A DNA stretch of 64,000 nucleotides from Camelus dromedarius (taxonomy: Eukaryota). The stretch covers positions 122,514,001 to 122,578,000 of the forward strand of contig NC_087437.1 of NCBI RefSeq assembly GCF_036321535.1. The letters are read 5' to 3'. How positions within the stretch are numbered: position 1 is the stretch's first letter; every line of letters starts with the position of its first letter. The position numbers and the translations under genes were made by a program. The notes below the pieces were generated by a model. That model was not told the DNA's origin. It made no database searches and saw only the letters and a program-made list of their open reading frames with translations. Shown here piece by piece: positions 25,301 to 37,300 of the stretch.

Positions 25301-28300
25301 GCCTGTGAACCAGCCCTGGTTCTCTGGTGTTTGGGAGACAGTGACGGAGCTTGCAGGGCGCCAGGCCGTCTTCATGCCTCACCCACGTCTGCCGATGACC
25401 CAGTTCTTAGGCTGCCTCGTATGTCCGAGCCAGGACGTCTTAAGTGAGTGGCCTGGCACTGAAGACTCCCAGGAGCGCCAGTGGTTCCAGAAGGGCCCCG
25501 CGGGCCTGAAGGATGCCCGCGCTGTGGGCTTTCTGCCTCCTGCGGCAGTGAGTGAGGCAGGGTGAGGGCGCCATCTCCCTGCAGATCTCCCGTGGGTGCT
25601 TGCACACGTGGTAACATGCGTGCAGTGTCATGGGGAGAAGGAGGAGCAGAGCCCGACCTGGGAGGCCCCGTGGCAGTTGTGAGTGGGGTGTGCCCTGCTT
25701 GCTATGTGCTCTGAGGTACCCTCTCCCCATGGTGACCCCACGGCAGCTCCAGCTCCCCTCCTACCCACGCTGGCCCTGCTGGGGTCCCAGCTGCTGTCTG
25801 GACCCACCAGATGACCTCCGGAGGCCAGCTTCCTGCTCTGCATCGGTCTCCCCGCCCAGCACTGCCAGTGGTGCAGGCTCCCAGGCCCTGGCCCTGTGTC
25901 TGCAGCCCTGCCCCCCCCAGGTGCTCGTGGACACCGCGTAATCCCAGGTCAGGGACAGGGCAGGAACCAGAGGGACGGCCTCAGGTCGGCTGTCTGACTC
26001 TGTGTGTGTGCAGAGGTCACGACACTTAGAACAAGACTGGACATTCACATTTATTTCTAGCTCCACTTTTTTAGAAACATGAGTTCTCTTTTTTTCCCTT
26101 TGTGTAAGTCTACCAAAAATAAGGACTCATCAGTTATGAAGAATGAACATGAGGATGAACATTTTAAGAAGAATAAAGAACGGGGTCTAATTCTTAGTTA
26201 TCAGGAGGAGAGCACAGTATTTCTTTAAAAGATTGTTGGAATATTATAACAGGTGATTCTTTTGAATGAAACTAAGGACTTTCATAGTAGAGCTCATTTA
26301 ATTTTTTCCATAAACGTGTGTGTGTGTGTGTGCGTGTACATGGTCCCCTGGGCATGTGTGTGTGCATGTGCTCCCCTGGGGGGGGGTGTGTGTGTGTGTG
26401 CACGTGCTCTCCTGGGGGTGTGTGTGTGTGTGTGTGTGTGCACGTGGTCCCCTGGGCATGTGTGTGTGTACCTGCTCCCGAGTGTGCGTCTGTTTGCCGG
26501 GCAGTGCAGACCTGACCTAGTGTCTTGTATTGTCAGATGCACTGCCTCCCGCTGTGTCAGCCCCAGGGTGTGTGATACCACGATATGCAGGGTTGGTGGG
26601 TTCTGTCTGATTGTGACTCAGGTGGGGTCTCTGTTTTGTGTGAGTACACGTGAGCATGTGTATCTGGCAGCAGGTGCACTGTAGCCCCACCCTCCACTCA
26701 CCACCCCTCTGACCCTCTGCTGAAGCTTCCATCTGAGTTGCAAGTCCTCAGACACAGCTGACTGGTTGCCCTCATCCTCTTTCCTCGCTGCGTCTCTGAG
26801 ACAGAACTCACCAGGAAACCTCAGGCAGAGGCGAGGGAAGGAGTGCGCCCAGGACTGCAGGTTGTTCCGTTCGTCCCTGAGGGTCTGAGTTCTGTTTAAG
26901 GGCCACTGTGCGTTCTGGTGTGTGTGTTGCTCTTGTCAGGGCCTTTCTGGATGCCTGCTCTGTGGCCCGGCAGGTGGCCATGGCTGTAGTGACCAGATGG
27001 GCAAGGTCCCCGGAGCTGAGAGGCGGGGCCGCAGGCAGCAGCATCCGTCGGGGTGCTGCTTGGTGAAGACAGAAGGGGCTATGGGAGGGGCCGCAGCAAG
27101 GCCTGCGTGATGGGACTAGCCCACGGCCCGGAGAGGGGTCCACCAGGCTCCGGGGCGGGAGTTGGCCTCGAAGGCAATGGTGTGAGGCAGTGGCCATCTC
27201 CCGGGGGTTCAGGAGGGCGTGCAGGGGGGGGCCATGGAGTCTGCGTGTCTGAGGGCCCTTCCCGGCCGCCGTGGTTCCTGTGTGGAGGAGGCTTCCTCCA
27301 CGGACCATATGAGACACACAGGCTGTGACGTATCTGTGCCATGAAACACACAAAACGTTTCTGCTCTGCAGACACCGAGCGAGCAGATCGTTGTGAATGA
27401 GCCTTCTAAACGCATTCTTCATGACTTTGAGGGTTTTCTCTTTCTAGCTAATGTCTGTGTTGTGAAGGTGGAAGGTACCCCTTATCTTTGTAAAACTGAT
27501 GAAGTTGGAGAAATATGTGTCAACTCCAGTGCAACTGCTACAGCGTACTACGGTCTGCTTGGAATCACGAAGAACGTCTTTGAGGTCCGTACCTCGTTCC
27601 GACCTTTGTATTGGAATCAAGTTTGCAGCAGCAGTGCAGGGGGTAGGCGAGGTGTGTGGGGAGAGTGCAGCCCTCTGCCTCCGTGGTGCCCACACTGCCG
27701 CGTCAGCGCTAAGCAGGTGCCCTCAGGCCTGGCGGATTGAGGTTGGCCCAGGGCAGCTGGCACTCTGTGTGCTGGAGTTGGGTTGTCCAGAGAGCCCAGC
27801 ACGCGCCCATTCCTCTGGGCCAGGCGCAGGGATCGGGGGGAGGCGCATAGGCCGTGAGGGCCGTGCAGGGCCCAGGTGCCCAGCGGGTCTCGCAGTGGGC
27901 AGGGACTCTGGCCCCGCGGAGCCTCTTCCCCACCAGGGCAGCGGGTGACAACCCATCTGAGGGGCCACACCCAGTGCAGGCAGCGCCTGTCTGCCTGCCA
28001 GTTGACTGATTCCCCACGGACCACGGCTGACCTCAGCCCCCCAACTCTGTGCAGACGGTCCCGGTGACTGCTGGGGGAGCACCCGTCTCCGACAGGCCTT
28101 TCACCAGGACGGGGCTGCTGGGCTTCATTGGGCCTGTGAGTATGTCCCGCTGCCAGGACCCGGGCCTCCAGTTGGGCACACGGCCGGGGGAGGGGTGCTG
28201 CCGGCATCCAGTGGCATCTGGAGACCCGGGATGCAGTTCTTTCAGACACCACTGATGCGAGTTTGGGATCCTGGCCCTTGGCCCAGCAGCATTAGGTCCT

Positions 28301-31300
28301 TTACAGACCTCACCCACAGCTGTAGTCCATATTCCCACCCCTGACCCTTCTTGTGCTGACCCCTTCCCTGGGTGCCCCCTTGCTCCCACTCCACCCCACC
28401 AGGCTGTCAGACCCCTTCACCATGGTCGCCCCGCCCTGGGTTTCCCCATCCCCGTCGCCGAGTCTCTAGGTCTCCATGTGCCATGAGCGCCTGCAGCAGG
28501 GTCTGAGCCCTGACCTCACCCTTGTCCTCAGGATGACCTGGTCTTTGTCGTGGGCAAGCTGGACGGGCTGATGGTGGTGGGAGTTCGCAGACACAATGCA
28601 GACGACATTGTAGCCACCGCGCTGGCCGTGGAGCCCATGAAGTTTGTCTACAGAGGCAGGTGATGCCCTGCGGGTCCCCGTGCTGCGCCTTTAGACTCTC
28701 CTCTGCTGAACATTCAGGAGGTCTCCTGTGGTGGAAGGACAGCCCAGTGATATGAATACACTAAGCATTTCTGTTCGTCAGAGAAACTTCACAAAGAAAA
28801 GGGTGGTATTTGGAGGAAGGATGCCAGAATTGGTGTCCTCAGTGTCCACAGAGCTCAGCTGGTTCCTTAGGAGGGTGAGATTCAAAGCTGAGACCAGGCA
28901 CAGATGCCACGGAATGAGTGGTATGGCGAGGGCAGGCGCTGCCCAGCATCCCGATACCCAGGGGTGCGGCTGGGACAGAGAGCACCCTCTTCTCTGAAGT
29001 CACCAAGGTTTAACGAGACCTTGCTCCTGGGCCACCTTTTCTGAACATGGTCGGCAAGCACTTTGAAGTTTCTAATTTCCGTAGAGCAAATAAAGGGGCC
29101 CCTGGCCTAGGCCCCGGGGCGGCTGGAGTGAGGAGGGGGCCCTGTCCAGCTGGTCTGGCTGCAAAGCTCTTTGTCCTGGAGGGAGTAGCTCCTCCTCCTA
29201 GTTGGTCCACTCGGCCGACTGCGTTTCTTAAATTTATTTTTCTTAAGGGGGTGCTTTTATTGCTCAGACCAGGGTGCCTGGGAGCTTGTCCGGAGCCTTC
29301 CTTAGAGTATACCTTAAAGAAACCAGGGAATTTGGCCCGTGGTGGGTCAGCACAGTCAGGGTGAGGGTGTGGATGGCTGTTCAGGAGAAGCTAGCCGGCA
29401 GGCCTGCGGTGTGAACCCTGCAGCCTGGATTGGGGACGTGGGACTCAGCAGAAACTGGGGCACTGTTGGCGCAGGTGTCCACTGGGGACTGCCTCCTCAC
29501 CTGGCCACCAGAACAAATAGCACCTGGGGGTGAAGGGCTCTCCTTGATGAGGCAGTTAGGGTGGGGACGGGAGGCTCCACCAGGGAGGAGCTGTGCACAG
29601 GAAGTGGAGCCTGCCTCACAGCAGGAAGTAATACCAGACGTCGTGGTAACAAGACGGTCGTTTCATAGATGGAGTGAGCGTAGGGCAGACAGCGGGAAAG
29701 TGAGCTGGTTCTCTGGGAAGCCAGGCTGAGACGCTACTGCGGAAGTAAAGCAGCAGAGTAACAGACGGAGTAAGAGAAGTGGGCGAGAAGGGCTGGCACC
29801 CAGACAGCAGACCCAGAGAGGAGGGTCCGCAGGGTGGGGCCTCCCAGCCTCATACCCCTGCTGGGAGGATGCAGCGCAAGAACGTTTTTAGGTTTTCAAA
29901 GGAACTTCTAGACTTTATGTCCGCCCCAAATTGTCACTTGACAATGCAGTTGTAATAAAGATGCTTTGGGTGTGTTAAGTTTCAGAAGTTTTGTCACAGG
30001 AAACTGTTTTTGTGAGAACACTTTCAGGTGAGGTACTAAGAGGAACAAGATGTATGAAAGTAAGGAAGTTTTAATACTGGGTGAAGTGCTGCATAAAAGC
30101 GTGGCGCACGTGCAGGCCTGTCCCCGCGCGCAAGGGGTGCGCCTGACAGCCCAGGGCTGGACCAGCAGACGTGCAGGCTGGTTGGGGACACAGTGCTCGA
30201 CTTTTGTGGGCGGGGGCAGCGCAGAGTCTAAGGGAGGAAGGGAGATGGTGGAGGAACAGGTCCGCTTCCCTGTCACAGACACAGCAGATCCGCTCACTGG
30301 GAGAGAATCAGTTGGACTGAAAATGTGTAGTAACTAGAACCTCTCCACGAAGATTCTTGCACAAAGAGGCGTCTTGGGAAAGAGGGGGTGTCCCTTTGCA
30401 GGACACCAGCTGCTTCCCCACCTCTTCCTTCTGTTTAGCATTGGTGGGGAAGTGGGGCACAGAGCTGCATGGCTGCCCACCAGCCCACGGCTTCATGACA
30501 CGAGGCATCTGCGCCTGGGCTGCCTGGGCGCCATCCCTATCCCCAGGGTGGCGGTGTTCTCTGTGCCGGTGCTGCGCGAAGACCGGATTGTGCTGGTGGC
30601 AGAGCAGCGGCCCGACGCCTCTGAGGAGGACAGCTTCCGGTGGATGAGCCGCGTGCTGCAGGTGCGGGGCGGGGATGGAGGTGCTGCCCAGGGCCCCTGT
30701 GCCGCCCCTCCAGCTTGTGGGGAGGTCAGATGTGTGGCCTGGGCCCTGTTACTGCCGTCACGCCCCCGTCCCACCCCACCCTTGGTCCCCGGAGCTGTGT
30801 GCTGCCCCTCCTGCCCTTCCTTCACATCCTGAACCCTGAACCAGTCTCTACACGTTCTCCTGGGCGGGGCGGGATGAGATTCAGGTCCAGGGAGGAGCAC
30901 AAACCTTGGACTTGCCTCTTGGGGAGGATCTACTAGCCAACCTTCCTGAATGTAACCCACACGCACAGTGAGCTGGTTTTCAAGTGCGTGGGGTGGCAGG
31001 TCTGACAGATGGGTCACCCAGTAGTGGCCGGAAGAGCACCCCACCCCCAACGCACCGCTGGTCTGTAGGTAGGCTGCCGCTCCCCGTGGTGGTGGGTGGA
31101 CCCGTGGCCCTTTCCCCTATGGCCAAGCTGTGTTCCTTTGCTTTTCTGTTCCCGTCTTGGTGGACAGTGGGGTAAATTTCTGGCAGTGGGGGTAAAGCTT
31201 CTGTGGACAAGCGATGAAGTCCAGTCTTGGCCTCTTTTCAGAGAAGCCCCTGCTGTCCCAACATGTGCAGGTCGTTTGTGGAGGGTGCAGGGCCCCATCC

Positions 31301-34300
31301 TCCCTAGAGGGGACCTGTCTGAGGCGGCTGAGGTCCAGCGGGCACGGGTTCGCCCTGTCAGCGAGGCCAGGCCTGAGCTTCAGAGATCACTTTTCTAATA
31401 TTTACTTTTGTTTTTAATAAAAATGTTAGTGTTTTATTGTGGAATATTTCTGATGAACTAAACATAAGAAGAAGAGTGTAACAGCTCCCGCATTTCCTGC
31501 CTCCTGCTTCACTGGCTACCAGGCCAGGTCCTGCCTGCACCCCACCTGCCCCTCCTTCTCCCTCAGGAGTGTTCTGAAACAAGTCCCAACACCACAGGTT
31601 TTATCTGCAAATTGTAGTATCTGTTTCTTTAAAAAAGAAATACCAGTGTCACATCTTAAAACAATAACTTTTTAAAAATTTTAAGGTATAATTGACACTA
31701 TATTAGTTTCAGGTGTAACAATGATCAGATGTCTGTTCTACACTGAAATAATCACAGTAAGTCTAGTTAACATCCATCAACACACGTTATAGAATTTTTT
31801 TCTTGCGATGAAAACTTCTAAGATCTACTCTGAGCAGCTTTCAAGTACGCAATACAGTAGTATTAACTGTGGTCATCCTGCTGTATATCACAACTCCAGA
31901 ATTCATTCATCTCATAACTGGACATCATGCCTTTTGACCCCTTCACCCATTTCTCCCACCTCCAGCCCAGCCTCTGGCAGCTACCAGTCTGTTCTGTCTG
32001 TGAGCTGTTTCTTGGTTTTTAGATTCCGCATGTGAGAGATCATATGGTATTTGTCTTTCTCCATCTGATTTACGTCACTTTGCATAATGTCCTCAAGTTT
32101 CATCCATGTTGTTGTGAACGGCAAGCTTTTATTCTTCTTTATGGCTGAGAAGTATTCCCTTGTATAAATATACCACATTTTCTTTATCCAGTTATCTGTT
32201 GATGGACACTTAGGTGGTTCTGTACCTTGGCAGTTGTGAATAACACTGTAATGAACATTGGGGTGCATGTGTTTTTTTGAGTTAGTGTTTTCATTTTGTT
32301 TGGATAAATACCAAGAAACAGAATTGCTGGGTCATATGGTGGTTCTATTTTCAGTTGTTTAAGGTACTGCCATATTGTTTCCACAGCGGCTGCACCAGTT
32401 TACACTCCCACCATCAGTGCATGAGGGTTCCTGCTTCTCCGCATCCTCACTGACACTTGTTATTTCTTGTCTTTTTAATGATGGCCCTTCTGACAGGTGT
32501 GAGGTCCACCTCATGGTGGTTTTGATGTCCCTGATGATTACTGATGTTGAGCATCTTGTCCTGTGTCTGTTGGCCATCTGTATGTCTTCTTTGGAAAAAT
32601 ATTCGGGTCTTCTGCCCATTTTTAATTGCTTTATTTAGGTTTTTTTGCTATTGAGTTGTATGAGTTTATAGATGTATAATATGCAAATATTTTCTCTCAT
32701 TGGGTATGTTGCCTTTTCATTTTGCTGATGGTTTCCTTTGCTGTGCAGGAGCCTTTTGGTTTGATGTTGTCCCACTTGCCTATTTTGCTTTTGTTGCCTT
32801 TGCTTTTGGGATCAAATCCAAAACATTATCACCAAGACTAATGTCAAGGAGTTTACCATAGCCTGTGTTTTCGTCTAGGAGTTTTATGGTTTCAGGTCTT
32901 ACATTAAGTCTTTATTTTGAGTTAGTTTTTGTGTGGTGTCAGATGGTGTTCACTGTTGTACTTTTGTGTGTGGCTGTCCAGTTTTCCCAACACCATTTAT
33001 TGAGCTGTCTTTCACTGTTGTATGTTTTTGCCTCCTTTGTTGTAAATTAAGTGACACATATATGTGGGTTCATTTCTGGACTCTCCATTCTGCTCCATTG
33101 ATCTGTGCATCTGTTTTTGTGCCAGTACCACAAATTTGATTACTGTAGCTTTCAGATTTTGATTACTGTAGTTTTATGTTTTGATTACTGTAGTTTATGA
33201 TGCTTGAACTCAGGGAGCATGATACCTCCAGCTTTGTACTTCTTCCTCCAGATTGCTTTGACAATTCAGGGTCTTTTGTGGTTCCCTACAAATGTTAGGA
33301 TTGTTTGTTCAATTTTTGTGAAAAATGTCATGGGTATTTTGATAGGGATTGCATTAAATCTGCAGATGGCTTTGGGTAATATGGACATTTTAACAATACT
33401 AATTCTGCATCAAAAAGAATAAAATATTTAGGAATAAACTTACCTAAGGAGACAAGAGACCTGTACTCTGAAAACCATAAGATGCTGATGAAAGAAATCG
33501 AAGATGACACAAACGGATGGAAAGATACACTGTTCTCTTGGATTGGAAGAATCGGTATTGTTAAAATGGCCCCGCTACCCAAGGCAGTCTACAGCTTCAG
33601 CTCAATCCGTAGCAAATTACCAGTGACATTTTTCACAGAACTGGAACAAACAATGTTAAAATTTCTGTGGAAACACACAAGACACTGAATAGCCAAAACA
33701 CTCTTGAGAAAGAAGAGAAGCTGCCCTCCGGGTCCCCAGGCAAGTTCAGAGGACATGGCCTTCTTTGTAGCAGGTTGTGCAGGAAAATGAGGTCCAAGGT
33801 TGACTTCAGGGTGATAAGCTGGTTCCGGGAAGCCTCTGAAAGTGACCAATGAGTTGTTCTGTTTTCTGTTTTATTGTGGGCTATTGGATTACAGTTATTC
33901 TCTTTATTTATCAGTGGTCAGTGGGGGCCTCTTCGGATCAGCTCCTGAGTCCTGTGGACACACCCCTGGTTCTCTGAGGCCACACTGAGAGCAGAAGCTC
34001 GGACACTCGGGGAGGTGGTGCAGTTCATGTCCTAGACCTAGAGCCCTGCTTCTTCGGGGGAAACAGAATTTAGGACCACCATCTGGGCACATGATGTTAC
34101 TGGCTTTTTTCAGACAGAGTAGGAAGTGATGTCAACTTTCTTGCAAGATCACCCACATCATGAGCATATGCTGCTGGTTCCAACTCAAGCTCACGTCCTC
34201 AGGGTTTTTCCGTAGCTCTGCTCTTTCTCCCACGCTGAAGAACCGCGGTGGTCGAGGACTGCAGCAAAGGTTCTCCTGGACCTGAGGCCACTCTGTACAC

Positions 34301-37300
34301 ACTGCAGTCTCCAAACAGCGGCCCCCACACAACCTCTGAAGCATGAGATTTCCAAGAGCAGCTTACAATGTTTTTTCAATTCTTTTTGCCCATAAGGTGT
34401 GTCCCACTACAACTGGACTAATCAAATTGCTATGTTTAAAGTCACTTTGAATACATTCTTTCTGTGGGGCTGTGCCACCAACCTGATTCCAGTTTCGCTG
34501 AGTTCATTTGTTTTAGTTTACTTTCAGTTGTTATGGGTTGCTTTGTCAATTTTTAAGTTTTTTGTATGTAAAACACTTACATGGTTCCAAAGTCAAATTT
34601 GAAAACAAGGTATGTTCAGAGGAGTCTGGCTTTTGCCTTGCCTTCCCAGGGCTTCTCCCGCAGGAGGTCACATGATCACTTTTATGGCTTGTCTAACTTT
34701 CTGTCTGTAACGTGCAGTTGCAGATTCCCATCCACATGTACACAGACGCAGAATTTGTGTATGTGTGTGTGTGTGTGTGTGTGTGGAATAACGCAAAGCA
34801 CACTCTTGTCTCTCCCTGTTTTTCACTTAGCAAAACATCCCAGGGTCTTGAGTATTCTCACCCAGGGCTGCTCCCAGCCTCCAGCTTCTCACAAGCCCGA
34901 GGAGCCAGCATGTGCTCAAACACAGCTCCTTGTCTCTGCCCCCGTACAGGCCGTCGACAGCATCCACCAGGTGGGCGTGTACTGTCTGGCCCTGGTTCCC
35001 GCCAACACCTTGCCCAAGGCTCCTCTCGGAGGGATTCACATTTCTGAAACCAAGCAGCGCTTTCTGGAGGGGATGCTGCACCCATGTAATGTGCTAATGT
35101 GCCCTCACATGTGTGTTACCAACCTCCCCAAACCTCGCCAGAAACAGCCAGGTTAGTTGTACACAACAACACACGTCTATTCAGCCTTAAAGTCAGTGGC
35201 AGCTACACTTGGGTTTAAATGGTGCTGCCCTGTTGGACCTCACATCCCTTGGGGGTGGGGTTAAAAGCCAGAGCAGATGGCACACCAAGTCCATCACCGC
35301 CTCCTGACCCCTTGGAATGAGAGCACGTCGTGGTTGCGCTCCTCGCCTGTTAGAGCCCATCCCAGGACTGAGCCAAGCCTAGCACCTTGGCTCTGAAGGC
35401 TGGGCGGTGGCTCCCTGGGGGCAGAGATGGTGCCCGGGGCTTGGACTCTTAAGCCCATGGGACCATGGCGGGCTGCGCGTGCGCTGCTCAGCGCTGCGAT
35501 CTGCCATGGCCTCCTGGCCAGTGGGACCTGGGAGGTCTCGGCAACAGGGTTTCCCTTCCCTGATTTAACTGTTATGTACACATTTTCATTCCTTTGGTTA
35601 TGTAAATTCTTAGTAAATGCTAACTTTTCTTGATATTTGAACACATAAAATATCATTAAGTAAAATTCATTTAATCGGGAAGATTTCAGTGAAATACATT
35701 GCATTCAGCTGTGGCCAAGTTCAAATCAGAGCCCCCAGGCCCATGCCACGCAGTGAGTTTCTTAGATAGCATTGCTTACATTGAGGAGAGAGTCTCTGAT
35801 ACTTAGCACCAACCTTGTAGCTGGTTTCCCGAACACCTGTGTCTTAGGGAAGAGTCAAGTGACTGCCTGTAAATAGAAGTCGTGTGTCATTATCCATCAC
35901 ACTCCCCCACGTCCCACTCAGAAGTCCCTCGTGTTCTAGAGGTCGGACCAGCCTCCATGATTGTCGGGAATCTGGTTGCCGGGAAGAGAATTGCTCAGGC
36001 CTCGGGGAGGGAGCTGGCTCACTTGGAGGACAGCGACCAGGCAAGGAAGGTAAGGTGGGCAGCGGTTGAGGGGGCGCCTCTTGGGCGGTTGGGACCCCGC
36101 CAGGACTGAGCCTCTCGTGCCCTTCCCGCAGTTCCTGTTCCTGCCAGACGTGCTGCGGTGGCGGGCCCACACCACCCCCGAGCATCCGCTGTTCCTGCTG
36201 CTCAACGCCAAGGTGAGGCCTGCCAGCCACATGGGTGTGGCGCTCGGCCTCATGGTCTCACATTCGGAGAACAGCGAGCCTTGACGCCCAGGCCTGTGGC
36301 TGGCGTGGTTCTCTCTGTGGAGCCTCAGCTTCCACACAAGCCATGCAGTTACATCTCTGAGGATCTCACATCTAACAGGAAAATCCTCATGAGCTTGTCT
36401 TGATTATGCCCAGTGTGCATGTTAAGTGAGTTAAGAGGAGGTGTTTACTTTGTGAAAATTAGGAATTTAGACTTTGTGCATTTGTTTATAGCTTTAGCAA
36501 GACAGATACGTCTCACTGCCTTTCTGTGGGCTTCTAAGGTGTAAAGAAGGAGAAAGTAATCCTCACATCCAGTTGTGGGCCGATAGACAAAGTATGAAAA
36601 AGTGACAGTTAAGTAACAGTAAAAACCCTGCATGACTCGCCATCAGACGCATGGCAGGGGCCGCAGGGCCTGTGCTCTGATGCAGTAGCGGGGCTGCTGT
36701 GGTTTTAGAAACACACACTGCCCACCGCTGGCCACTGGTTCTTCACTCAAAACATACTGGCCAGTGCCTGCTTATGCACTCAGTGTTAAGTAAGATAAGA
36801 AAGGCCCCTGTTCTCAGGGCACTGAAGTGAGTCTTCCCTGCTGGCAAACTAGTCCACAAGAGAGGCCTTATCTTCCTTGTTCACAGTGGATCTGCAGATG
36901 GAGACCATGCTCAGTAAACATTTGTTTTACGATTGTTTGAGTTCTGAAACGTGGAGAAAGCCAGTAAATGACAGCTGACCAAGACAGAGTCAGCTCATGA
37001 CGAGGCCTGGAGATCCATACAGAAGGGCTGGGAGCAGGCGGGGCCGGGGCACTGGACTTTAACTAGTGGGTGGTGGGAAGCCCCAGACCTGAGCCCTGAG
37101 GAGCGACAGGCAGCTTGTGATTCGGAGCAATTCCTCTGGATTATGAGGGTGAGTGTGGGAGCAGGAGGGCCCCGGAGGCTGTGTCCAGACACCAGGTGAC
37201 TGTTCGGAGAGACGGAGGGCAGGGGTCCTGCAAGGGCCCGAGACTGGCTCTGGGCTGTTGGCTGAACGCCTGTGCAGCGGGGCGCTTTCCTGGGGTGGGG

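Noticed and set aside
26253..26684. Cys/Val- or His/Thr-repeat proteins
   Set aside because: Translations of the GT microsatellite.
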